Shown piece by piece: positions 49,808-61,162 of a stretch of DNA of 64,000 nt. The stretch comes from Anthoceros angustus (Eukaryota > Plantae > Anthocerotophyta). The position numbers and the translations under genes are program-made. The DNA lies in assembly GCA_010909165.1 (NCBI GenBank), contig MU008157.1, positions 62,001 to 126,000 on the forward strand. The letters run 5' to 3'. Numbering within the stretch: position 1 is the stretch's first letter; the number at the start of each line of letters is the position of its first letter. The notes under the pieces are model-generated. The model was not told where the DNA came from. It saw only the letters and a program-made list of their open reading frames with translations, and ran no database searches.

Positions 49808-50748
49808 AAACCGGGAGACATTGAGGATTTGGAAAGCCTGCCAAAACCTTTCCAAGATTTTGTTTATAGCGCGCGCAACTGGAAACGGATGGAAGAAGAG
49901 CGAAAACAAATGGCCGACAAGGACATGGATGCAGGGCTGAGCAGTTTCAGAGTGCCTGGGTCTTCGGACAAAGTGGCATATCAGGTGGTGCATCGAGACA
50001 TTTTGGATATGAAAGGATTTTTGCCACCGAGGAGGTATACTCTTCTTTTCTGCGACCTCCCTCGAGGTTTACAGCGGCATGAGAATGACAAGGCTTTCGT
50101 TGAAGAAGAATTGAAAGAGATCATCAGCTCTTTCAACGAGAAGACCACGACGATGTGTTCGGATAATTCTTATGCATGGGGTGGATGGGGTGATTCAAGC
50201 CGGGGAGGCTTTGAGGTCTTGGTGCGGGAAAGGAGTCATAGACCACGGTATGGGAGAAAACCAACATCCCACCTAACGTGGTCTTTGTGGAAACAGTGGA
50301 ATATTTGGATGGGAAGCGCGGTGAGGGCGAGTCCAATGTCGGAAAAGCTCCTCTTTTTGCCGGCAAAGACATCAAACAGGTGCTGCCAAGAGTTATCCGA
50401 CATGGGACTGTGGTGAAGAAGCTGATTTACCACACTGGTGATAAGATGGTCGTATCGCCATATCAGAAACCTGTGGGCTTATTAGGCATGTTGGTGAACA
50501 TGTTCTCCAACGAAGACGACTGGATTGTTGACGCCTGTGCAGGATCAGGATCATTTTTGGTGGCCGGGATACAACGGAAAAGGAACGTTGTGGCCATTGA
50601 CAAAGACGCACGATGCTCAATGTATATGTCACAACGAGTGAACGGGTTGGAGCGGCTGCCGGACGAGTTCGAAGAAATAACAACAGATAAGTTTTCGGGG
50701 CCACAGCAAGTTTTGGGCAAAGGAGATGCATGCGGGCGGAGGCATTGA
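49808..50748 (+). pseudogene. Beta-class DNA amino-methyltransferase (N4-cytosine/N6-adenine) domain
   Basis: Motif IV-like LLFCDLP(R)G at ~50051 precedes PYQKPVGLLGMLVNMFSNEDDWIVDACAGSGSFLVAGIQRKRNVVAIDKD (motifs X, I, II). This order is the beta arrangement. Confidence 0.85.
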
Positions 50749-51354
50749 GGAAAATGCAAGTGTATAGCTTGCTTGGAAAGAAGGGTCGAATGAAGGACTC
50801 CATGAGACCCGGACGGCCGGCGGTTGAAGACCAAGCATTGACAATATGGGATGAAAACGGCACACTACCACCGCATAACAGAGGCTCGGCGTTTCTTTGC
50901 GAGTTGAAGCGATGACTTTGGTGACACGGAAAAGGCGATTTGGAAAATGTAGAAAGCGGTGCAGTTCGGAGCTCAATTTGGTTGAAGTAGATGACCCTTT
51001 GGGTAGCAGGACTTGTAGGCAGTGGGGCTCTGTCCGGTTGACCGTATAATTCCGTTTTGACCCTTCGTGGAAAATGCGACTTTGATTTGAATGCATATTA
51101 CGTGTTTTGGACCCATAGTCTTTCTGCCCTTTCCCAGTAAGTCTCGGAAGGGTCGCCGGACGGCCGTGCTGAAACAAAAGTGTGCATACATGGAAAAAAC
51201 CTCGATATTACTTACATTGTTCTAAGTGGAACCCCATTCAAAGACATCTCTTTTAAAAACACGTGTTTTGCTTGATATGAGAAAGGGGTGGCAACCTCCG
51301 CCCAAAGCGCAAAAGAGGCTTTCAAGAATCCGCCGATATTGCGCGGAGTCTGTT

Positions 51355-53890
51355 TCACCCATCACCAGCTTCATGCACCTATGGGGCTACCTATAATAAA
51401 CATTTCCTATGGGGCTACCTAGTATGAACATTATGCCTACTTCGGATAGATCACTGCTTAGATGGGTGCTCCCAAACTTCATAGTTCTACGCGGTCACCA
51501 CCTATCATAAACATCATGCCCTCGTGTTTGCAGTATGCGGGGCCACCAATTAGTACCATATATCGGACAGAGTAGTGCTTGGATGAGGTTCCACCCCAGC
51601 TTCATGCTCCTACCAGCCTACCTATTCTAAACATCTTGCCCTCAGTCTCCGTAGTGTGCGGGGGAGCCATTTCTTAGTGTCCTACGGGGTTATTCCGGAT
51701 CAAAAGCAGTTGTTAGTGCTCTTTGGGATTATTCCAGGTCAAGAGCGATTGTTATTGTCCTTCGGGGTTATTCCAAATCAAAAGTGATGAAGTATAGGGA
51801 TATGTCGACCATATTTGGGTTTAGGGTTTAAATGATTAAATATATGTCATCATGTATGTAGCTAGAATTAAATAGTTGTACCCCTTTATTAGGGTTACAT
51901 CTCGTTGAACAGTTACTTCATTTCAGTTTTTAGTTTAGTTATGTCTTTTCAGTATGAGCTATTATTATTATATTATGGATTCTTTCTTGATATACAAAAT
52001 AATTACCTAAATAATTAATTAACTATATCATTCCTATAATTTGTCAAAAAACAGTTGTTACTGCCTACGGGGTTATTTCAAATCAAAAGTTAGTGGGACC
52101 GCCAGTTTGTTTCAAGAAGTTTGTCTTTGTAGTGTGTGGGGCAGCTAGTTGTTAGTGAGTATCTGTATTAGTGTCCTATGGGGTTATTCGAGATTAAAAG
52201 CAGTTGTTAGTGGCTTATGGGTTATTTCAAATCAAAAGCTAGTGTCCTATGGGGTTATTCCAGATCAAAAGCAAGCCACTAAAGTTGTTAGTGGCTTGTG
52301 GGTTATTCCAAATCAAAACTTAGTGTCCTATGGGGTTATTCCAGATCAAAAGCAAGCCACTAAAGTTGTTAGTGGCTTGTGGGTTATTCCAAATCAAAAC
52401 TTAGTGTCCTATGGGGTTAATCTAGACCAAACGTTAGTGCCCTACGAGATTATTCCAGATCAAAAGTTCATCTCCGCAATCTGCGAGGCTGCCAGTTCTT
52501 AGTAAGTGCCTTGCGGGGTTAGTCAAGATCAAAAGTTGGTATCCTGCTGGGGTATTCCAGATCAAAGCTAGTGTTCTACGAGGTTATTCCAGATCAACAG
52601 TTCGTCTCTGCAATGTGCGAAGCCTCCAATTGTTAGTGAGTGGTCTAGGGGATTATAATAATTCTAGATCAAAAGTTAATACCCTATGGGTGGTTATTCC
52701 AGCCTACCTATTCTAAACATCTTGCCCTCGCCTTGGGGGAGCCATTTCTTAGTGTCCTACGGGGTTATTCCGGATCAAAAGCAGTTGTTAGTGCTCTTTG
52801 GGATTATTCCAGGTCAAGAGCGATTGTTATTGTCCTTCGGGGTTATTCCAAATCAAAAGTGATGAAGTATAGGGATATGTCGACCATATTTGGGTTTAGG
52901 GTTTAAATGATTAAATATATGTCATCATGTATGTAGCTAGAATTAAATAGTTGTACCCCTTTATTAGGGTTACATCTCGTTGAATGCCATTACTTCATTT
53001 TTAGTTTAGTTATGTCTTTTCAGATGAGCTATTATTATTATATTATGGATTCTTTCTTGATATACAAAATAATTACCTAAATAATTAATTAACTATATCA
53101 TTCCTATAATTTGTCAAAAAACAGTTGTTACTGCCTACGGGGTTATTTCAAATCAAAAGTTAGTGGGACCGCCAGTTTGTTTCAAGAAGTTTGTCTTTGT
53201 AGTGTGTGGGGCAGCTAGTTGTTAGTGAGTATCTGTATTAGTGTCCTATGGGGTTATTCGAGATTAAAAGCAGTTGTTAGTGGCTTATGGGTTATTTCAA
53301 ATCAAAAGCTAGTGTCCTATGGGGTTATTCCAGGATCAAAAGCAAGCCACTAAAGTTGTTAGTGGCTTGTGGGTTATTCCAAATCAAAACTTAGTGTCCT
53401 ATGGGGTTATTCGGATCAAAAGCAAGCCACTAAAGTTGTTGGTGGCTTGTGGGTTATTCCAAATCAAAACTTAGTGTCCTATGGGGTTAATCTAGACCAA
53501 GCGTTAGTGCCCTACGAGATTATTCGGATCAAAAGTTCATCTCCGCAATCTGCGAGGCTGCCAGTTCTTAGTAAGTGCCTTGCGGGGTTAGTCAAGATCA
53601 AAAGTTGGTATCCTGCTGGGGTATTCCAGATCAAAGCTAGTGTTCTACGAGGTTATTCCAGATCAACAGTTCGTCTCTGCAATGTGCGAAGCCTCCAATT
53701 GTTAGTGAGTGGTCTAGGGGATTATAATAATTCTAGATCAAAAGTTAATACCCTATGGGTGGTTATTCCAGATCAACAGTTCGTCTCTGCAACGTGCGAA
53801 GCCTCCAATTGTTAGTGAGTGGTCTATGGGATTATAATAATTCTAGATCAAAAGTTAATACCCTATGGTGCCCTCGTCTCTTCAGTGTGC
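51355..53890. repeat. Minisatellite array (right part) with 81-bp units and a ~1.09-kb tandem duplication
   Basis: It continues the left-array motifs in the same orientation. 51614-52699 is repeated at 52700-~53771, with recurring ggggttattccagatcaaaag. Confidence 0.9.
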
Positions 53891-54689
53891 GCAAAGTTTG
53901 GTAAATTGTAATTGCTGTACTTGTCTACTCATTTGCACTCCATTGATGAACAATTATGTAGTATCTTTTATTTACAGTGTCCACTTTGTTTGCACTCCAA
54001 TGATGAACACTTATGTAATATCGTGCATACAGATTTTTTTCCCGAAGGGCTTATCATTCTTGTAATAATGAGCACTTTGAAGATGATGGTGTACTAGGTA
54101 TTTGCTATGTGGTATATTTTATTATCATTGCTATTGAACATACTACTTGTGATTACTCATGTTAGATGTCCACGTGGCACCTATCAATCTACAGTCAAGA
54201 CTTAGGTTTCGTGTCTTCCACGCCTACTGTCTTTAGGAAAAGGGTCAGAGCTAAAAAATCACAATATATCATTCCGGACCTAAGTTAGAGCCATCACTTA
54301 ACTCTTTAAGAAAAGAGGCCGTTATGAAAAATATCTCTTATTAATGTATAATATAATATAAGAAATAGTTTATATATTATAATATATAATATTTTATATT
54401 AGAAATAGTTCATGAAATATCTCTGACTAATATATAATATTTTATATATTATAATACTGAAATCGATATCCAGAACAAGAAAGAATGACATATTATATCC
54501 AAGAAAAAAAATAAAACCTACTAGTTTCAAATAAGCGAGCTCGACAAACCATCTGTAAGAACATTTTTCCTTCTTTCCTTCCAAGAATTTTACACTTCTG
54601 ACTTGATCACACCTAGGACACCCACGTCTTCCTTTATTGGAGTCTCGGCTTTCCCCTCTCCATAAAATACCCTGCTTTTCTTATTTCAG

Positions 54690-57185
54690 TCAATCAACTT
54701 CCAAATACAAGTCGGAAAGCAAACGAGGAAAGTGACTACGACCCCAATTGAGCAGATTGTCATAATTTGTCGTTTTAAACGGGAAATAGAGAGCCTGGTT
54801 CAGGTACTTTTCCCGGAGAATTTGCTCAACATCTGAGAATTGCATTTTATGCATGCATAAGGCGAGAATGGTTAATGCGCTTGAAGTACCCGGTTCAACC
54901 GATGTTAAAACTTGCACAATCTCATCCACCGATCCTGCTGCAACACTCGCTGGACAAGACAAGACAGGAAAGACAAAAGCCAGGGCGAAGGAGCAGCGGA
55001 TCCAGTCTTTTTCCTTCCCACTCAAGTGTGCAGATTCACCGCCGTGTAGTACCCTCTCCAGCCTGTCTTTGACTTGGGAACATGCGGTGAGCATGTTTTC
55101 TACCTTCTGCGTATATGTATCACACGCGCCAAGAGTTTCGATCTCTTCATTATATCTGAAGAGCAGGTCTCCCAAACCCGGGATATCAAGAAGTGCCTTG
55201 TCTTCAAATGTGCACCGCGGACAGGTGCAGAACTCCTGTAGGAAATGTCGCGTAAACTCTCCACTGCGGAGGAGGTTGCTGTGGAAGATAGAGACAGAAT
55301 GGATTGAAAGCTCCTCTCCAGCGGGTATGCTGCAAATGGAGGAGATAAACATGGCCCCGCCGCTCTGCATAGACTCCGTGTAGCGGATGCAGTTAGGAGC
55401 ACAAGAATGCCTGAAGAAAGAAGGCAATCCATACAGCGCCCCGTCAACAATCCCATTGGTTGCCAGAATGTAACGGATATCACGGATGTCTACATTCACC
55501 AAATGTCGTTGGTGCTTCTCCATGGAGCTCACATCTGCAGACTCGACGTCCTCCCAATCTGCAGTGAACAAATCCAAGGAAGGTTTGCGCGTTCTACTGC
55601 TGCGCAGCATGCTCCTGAGCTGCGCGGCGTACTGCGGAGATTGCTGTGCCTTGGCTATGGTCTCTACAAACGTGTTCTGGAATCGGGCGCTCCAGGATGT
55701 CAAATGGCCGTGATCGGCTTCCTCTCTTGTCCTGGGAGGCCTTCTGCAGTAAAAGCGTATCCGAGGCCGAGTCCAGTGAGCTTTCCCTCGAGCAAGGGGA
55801 TTGGTCACAAGCAGTAGCTCCCCCGGCTTCACATCCTGGGATGCAAACATCCCGGGCGCCTGTCCTCGTCCTACGGTAGAGCTTGCCCTGCCGGTACGAA
55901 GCTCGATAGATCCAACAAACGGAGCACAGCGTGACGCGAGCTCGGAATCCGAGAGCCTAGAGAACTCGTGGTCGTCCAACTCGTAGATGCCTAAACTCTG
56001 CTTCATAGCTATGCTTGCCCTGAGTTTCTGAAGAAGGATTTCGGCCAGAAGATCCAATTCGGGCTCGGAGGAACCGAAACTCGCCTGCAGCTCCTCCAGA
56101 CAGGTAGCTACCTCGCTGTATAGGTGCATCCCGTGCAGACATTTCGCTCTTTGCATCTTGCTCTTGGCGCAGTTAGGGTTTAGCTGTAACAACATGTCGG
56201 CATCCGCCAATGCTTTCTTGTAGCTTCCCAGACGCAGATACGTCTCACACCTCTCAGAAATGACGACCTTCAACATTTCTTGGATCTCTTGGTGCAGCGC
56301 ATCTGGATCTGGATTCTCCGCGGAACCTGAGGTTGAGGTAGAGGCCTCGCCCGTGTCCGCAATGGAGGATTCCACGTCCTCCGCGGCCTTTAAGATATCC
56401 TTGAAATCCTCCAGGAGAATGACACACGAGGTGTAGCAATTAAGCGCCCTGGTGCACTCGTTGTCAGCCAAGTGAGCGTTTGCTAGAGCATGAAGGTCCT
56501 TGATGCAATCCAAGCCCGGCCTCCATCCATTTCGACCCTGATGCAAATACGTGTTACCTTGATGAGCTAAGAACGTGGCGACAGTGGGCACAAGGTCTGC
56601 AGGGTTGGCAACGTTGATGCCAAGCGTCCCATCCTTCCATAGATGCGTGAACGCGGGTTCTTTGATAGCAACCTTCATCCCTTCAGGATATTTCTTGCAC
56701 ACATCTGCTTCGCTGGCCGTTGTGCACACTGCGTTGTCGATAACCAATAGGACAGCACGTCCTTGCGTGTCTTCGAACACCGTCCGGACTCCCCCCGTCA
56801 CAAATGGCTTGGCACACAACGTGCCGTGAACCACCCGCCCATGGTGCACAGTCACCGGTAACATATCTGGATCCTTCTGCGTATCCGGAGAGATCAGATC
56901 ATCGAGAAGCATGTCCTCCAAAGCTTCGAAGGGAGCCGATGGCCACACTGGATCCAGCACATAGTGACTGAACTTCCTCTTGACACATTCAGGATCATCC
57001 ACCATTCTTTTGAAGGCTGCCGCAGCTTGAGCGTGGGACTTGGTCAAGCCTTCTTTATCGAACAGCATGGAGCTCACGAGGAAGGAGATGCCACTGGCGC
57101 TGAGTCTGTCCAGCAGAGCGTCGTCGATGCTAACCGGAATTTCGGGCTCAGCCATCTTGGACTCTGCCATTTCGGGCTCAGCCAT
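54690..57185 (-). CDS. Intronless TPR plus SET-domain protein (paralog B), altered catalytic motifs
   Basis: Long ORF homologous to paralog A, with FFRHSCAPNC, AGEELSIHS and CTCPRC. First ATG is at 57185 (MAEPEMAESKMAEPE). Confidence 0.9.
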   Translation of the reverse strand: MAEPEMAESKMAEPEIPVSIDDALLDRLSASGISFLVSSMLFDKEGLTKSHAQAAAAFKRMVDDPECVKRKFSHYVLDPVWPSAPFEALEDMLLDDLISPDTQKDPDMLPVTVHHGRVVHGTLCAKPFVTGGVRTVFEDTQGRAVLLVIDNAVCTTASEADVCKKYPEGMKVAIKEPAFTHLWKDGTLGINVANPADLVPTVATFLAHQGNTYLHQGRNGWRPGLDCIKDLHALANAHLADNECTRALNCYTSCVILLEDFKDILKAAEDVESSIADTGEASTSTSGSAENPDPDALHQEIQEMLKVVISERCETYLRLGSYKKALADADMLLQLNPNCAKSKMQRAKCLHGMHLYSEVATCLEELQASFGSSEPELDLLAEILLQKLRASIAMKQSLGIYELDDHEFSRLSDSELASRCAPFVGSIELRTGRASSTVGRGQAPGMFASQDVKPGELLLVTNPLARGKAHWTRPRIRFYCRRPPRTREEADHGHLTSWSARFQNTFVETIAKAQQSPQYAAQLRSMLRSSRTRKPSLDLFTADWEDVESADVSSMEKHQRHLVNVDIRDIRYILATNGIVDGALYGLPSFFRHSCAPNCIRYTESMQSGGAMFISSICSIPAGEELSIHSVSIFHSNLLRSGEFTRHFLQEFCTCPRCTFEDKALLDIPGLGDLLFRYNEEIETLGACDTYTQKVENMLTACSQVKDRLERVLHGGESAHLSGKEKDWIRCSFALAFVFPVLSCPASVAAGSVDEIVQVLTSVEPGTSSALTILALCMHKMQFSDVEQILREKYLNQALYFPFKTTNYDNLLNWGRSHFPRLLSDLYLEVD

Positions 57186-58649
57186 CGATCGACTCCAGAG
57201 CTCGGTGTAGGTACAGTAGTCCCAAGGATGAGATGCCACAGGTGGCGCTGAGATTGTGACAGGTGCAACCGCATACGGTCGGGGTCAGGCCTAGGGGGCG
57301 AGCGGACCAACATCCTGCATGAAGCTTCTCGAAGCATTCAGAACTTCGCGAATTCTGCGAGTAGTTTTGCTGCTCGCCTTTTGTTAGTCTTAAGTTCGTG
57401 TACAGACGAGAAGTTCACAGCTTGATGAGCCCGTTTTGGTGACTGGACGAGGGTCTCCCATATGGACAACTGGATATGGGACAGCTTGGTGCTGTTGCTC
57501 AAGCCTCAGCGTTGTAGAGTCCCTCACTTTCCACGGATATAGGGTAGGGCGCTTTCTTGCTGAGTTTGCGATGAAATACCCCTTGAACTCGCCACCGTGG
57601 TGGCCTTGACCTCCACAGATGGCTTCCCATTCTTGTGTCCCACACCTCATGGCACACTTTGGAAGAGGCACGTTGATCATGTGATGCAGCAGCAAGCAAG
57701 TGATGCTGCAACACTTGTTGCAGCATCCGCATCAACAACAATAACAATCTATAGCCAGGAGCGACTGATGGGCAAAGCATCCAGGCTGAGAGGTTTCAAG
57801 GGCCATTTTCAAGGATCCTGGCCAGAGAGGATGCAAAGTTCTGGTGGAGAAGTTCTCTACAGCTGAACAAACACAGATACAAGCGTCCCAACAGAGCGCT
57901 CGCGGGCAGCAACAACCCCAGCAATATGCTCCTGGCTCCTGGTTTCTGAAGTGCTTTGGTGCGGGGGTCCCTTGCTATATCCTGCAGTTCTTCTTAATGC
58001 TGGGTATGGATGCTAAATTAAGTGGCACGTTGGAGGCATTCACATAATGCTCAGATAAAACATTCAAGATCAGACAAAGCATGGCACCCATCGATATTGA
58101 TAATATTCGGGACAGTCAGCCTGGATTTCACCATATATACAGCTGCTGCACATTCAGAATACAGAATGCTCAAGCCACGAAGATGGTTCTCCGCTTCATC
58201 ATGGAAGTCCAGATCAACCGGAGAGTCACTTGTTGCAGGCTAGATACTGGCAGAGGGCCGGCGACCAAGGAGAGCCACTCTCTCAAAGCTGGAATTCATG
58301 AAGTCACATTTGTTGCCAGTTGTCTTCCCCAGGTTCGGGGATTTCTGGATTGCTGGACCAGGTGCCTCTCAAGACTCAGCTGGAGTCCAGCTGGTTTCGG
58401 TGGCTCACTTGACAAGAAAGCCTACACACGCGTTGCTGCATCAGCCTGCAGGGACCACCAAACCACAGTCACGGCTGTGCCCCAAAGCAGCTCAACCTGT
58501 GCGTGCTGCTCTCAGAATCCTTTCCCACTGCTCGAAACGAAGACAGGGCTCTCTCTGACACTAATCCCCCACGGCTCACTCCCTGCCCAGCCAGACATGA
58601 CTGCAGTGTGCACTGGGACAGGCTCTCCGAGGCTCCCCGTGGTAACAGG

Positions 58650-60290
58650 CAGAGTTGAACAATGAAGCTCACGTTCTGAACAATCTGAGGCACCATGACC
58701 CATATGCAATTCCAAGGAACGAGCTGAATGAATCAAGCTCCAACGACAATGAATTGTACACATGGAGGAATCACGGGCAAACCCTGCTGCTTGCTGCTTG
58801 CTTGAATGCCCCGATGTATTGGGAAGCAACCTGTGGTGAACTGAAAGGTTCACGGCAGGTGTTTGACAGCCTGAAGACAAAAACTGTGGTGCCATTGCTG
58901 TCTTTGCTAAGCAAGCTGGACTCGGACAGAAGGTATTGTTTTGTATGGACAAATGGATCAGGAATGGGAACCATAGCTGCCCTTCAAGTTTGTGCATTCG
59001 GCGCCGCGTTGGAATCTTGCAGAAAGGTGTAGTGCGCTGTGTTGCAGAGTGGCTTTCGTACCAGCTTGTTAGGTGGCACCTATGGAACATGTGTGCACGC
59101 CAGGGTCTGGGCTCTTGGGCAGCATGGCCACAAGGAGCAGTGACATGGAAATTCCTGATAACTGGGTATGCAAAATGTGGTGAACTGAAGATGCATGGAA
59201 GGGTTTGAAGGCCCGGCCACAATGGATGCGGGGACATGGAATGCCCTGATATCTGTGTACGCCAAATGTGATGGCCTGCAGTCGAGGAAGATCGAGACCT
59301 CGAACGCGAAACTGAGAGAGGCACTCTAGGTTTTTGAAAGCATGAACTGAAAGAATGCGGTGACATGGAATGCCTTGATAGCTGGGTACGCTGGGCAAGA
59401 GTCGGACATGAGTCACTTTTTCTGCAGGGGAGGGCTGATTCTAGCTGACCACGGATGGCTTTTCACTTGCCTCCTGAAGGCTAGTGCAAGCACTGGTGCC
59501 TTACAGAAAGACAGGCAGCTGCAATCACTGGCTGTCGCAGAGGACTGGTGAGTAACGTAGTGTTGGGCAGCGGCCTGGTGGCCATGTAGGCCAAATGTGT
59601 TGAACTGGAAGATGCACAAATGCTGCCCAAGGTTTAGCGTTATCAGCCCTGATGAAATGCCCTGCCTGAGAGCCATGGCTGGTAAGCTTCAAGCTTGTGC
59701 GTTTGCCGCCGCCTTGGAAACTTGCAGAACAGTGCACTGTGATGTGGTGCAGGGTGGGATTTCTACTACCTCGTTTGTTGGCAACTGCCTGTTGGACACG
59801 TGTGCAAAAAGGTCGGGAACTGAGAGATGCACGCCAGGATTTGCACAACGTGGGATGTGGTGACATGGAAGGCCCTGATATCTGGGTATGCAAGACGTGG
59901 TGAACAGAAAGATGCATGCCGTGTTTTTGACAGCACCGCCACCAAGGATGTGAGGACAGGGAATGCCCTGGTAGCTGCACTACTGGTTGTCGAAAGAGGA
60001 CTGCTGGGTAACGTGGTGTTGGGCAGTTGCCTGGCGGCCATGTGTGCAAAATGTGGTGAACTGGAAGATGCATAGGTTTCTAACAGCTTGAAGAGGCATC
60101 AGAAGCATGAGTGCAGAGGCTGTTTTAAGGCAGGAGATGTTCAATGATGAAGGCTGAGTTGTCAACTCTGAATGCACCATAATAGTTCTTGTAGGGTGTG
60201 GATCTGGGGCCGTTGGAGCCCTCAAGCTCATGATCTCAGTGTCAAACTTGGGTACGAGTCGACTGCATACTTGGCGAACAATCCTAGCTT
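58650..60290 (+). pseudogene. Degenerate PLS-class pentatricopeptide repeat gene remnants
   Basis: VVTWKALISGYARRG..KDACRVFDS, NVVLGSCLAAMCAKCGELEDA, TWNALIAGYA; many stops and frameshifts. Confidence 0.8.
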
Positions 60291-60414
60291 CAAGGCTTCA
60301 AGCTCGTGCCTCAGGAAACCGTTTGCCGAGAACGGTTTCTGCTGGAGTGCTCTATTTTGCACACCCTCTTTGTTCAGTACCTCTAAGCACACACAACTGA
60401 CAAGCTCCTCAGAA

Positions 60415-60990
60415 TAGCTCTTCCATCAGTCGTGGTTGCTTCCAGTCCCAAGTATCCACCAGGGGTTAACGCACGTCCCCTCCTTGCCGAAACCATCTCA
60501 ATGACCAAGGCCCACAGGAAGCCCTGGACAGCAAGACTGCTCTCCCACTGCATCTGAGGCAGTGGATCTCTGTCTTCATCCAGTCACAGTTGCCCTCCTG
60601 CCACACACCAGCTTTGAACACTTTTTTGGCGAAAAGCTTTAGACCTCCAAATGAAAGCAGCAAACAACACCTGAATGCTCACTGAAAAGCTCATCCATCA
60701 ATCAGGCAATAGATCTCCGTGTTTTATCTAGTGAGAGTTGTGCTCCTGCCGCACACCAGCTGAAGATTTTCTTTCTGCGTTTTTTGGAGGAAAGCTTAAC
60801 ACCTTGAAATGAAAGGAGCAAATCCTGAATACTTCCTGAAGGGCTCTTCCATCAGTCGTGGCTGCTTCCCCACTGCATCTGAGGCACTAGATCTCCGTCT
60901 CATCCAGTGAATGTCGCGGTCCTGCCACACACAGGCTTTTCCCTTTTTCAGGCGAAAAATCGAAGGAGCAAAACTATTTTTCAATGTTTC
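60415..60990. repeat. Degenerate direct repeats upstream of paralog C
   Basis: cccactgcatctgaggca..gatctc.gtcttcatccagt at ~60544 and ~60868; cctgcc.caca x3; ttccatcagtcgtgg x2. Confidence 0.6.
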
Positions 60991-61162
60991 CTGAAGCTTC
61001 GTGCAGGATGCTTCGTCCCTTCACCTCCCGGGACCCCGAGTGGAATCAGGGCGGCTTTGCCCTCCCGCCCTAAGGACCTATTGAGATCTCTGGGCCATAG
61101 CCAAAGCCATCTCATCGAATAACGGGACCTACAGCGAGCTCTGGAGCTTATCAATTGGCACT

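Larger units (their letters stand above)
42087..51354. mobile_element. ~9.3-kb TIR DNA transposon, Sola1-like, with a second cargo gene
   Basis: It interrupts the array motif ggggtgtcac|ccatcaccagcttcatg with TCAC duplicated (42083-42086 and 51355-51358). Imperfect ~100-bp TIRs: tctgcgtaatat vs reverse-complement tccgcgcaatat, with shared ctttgggc and tcatatc. A transposase lies inside. Confidence 0.8.

Noticed and set aside
42087-51354. Bacterial or phage contamination as the source of the methyltransferase
   Set aside because: The gene has probable GT-AG introns and lies within TIRs and a TSD in an array continuous with plant genes; read-level confirmation is still desirable.
51815-51832. 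Telomere-like gggtttagggttt motifs (also ~21939 and ~52892)
   Set aside because: Only one or two units each; ordinary telo-box-like motifs, not interstitial telomere arrays.
52149-52502. ORF with repeated SYGVIPDQKQATKVVSGLWVIPNQNLV
   Set aside because: It is a by-product of an 81-bp repeat (a multiple of 3), and the duplicate block does not keep the frame.
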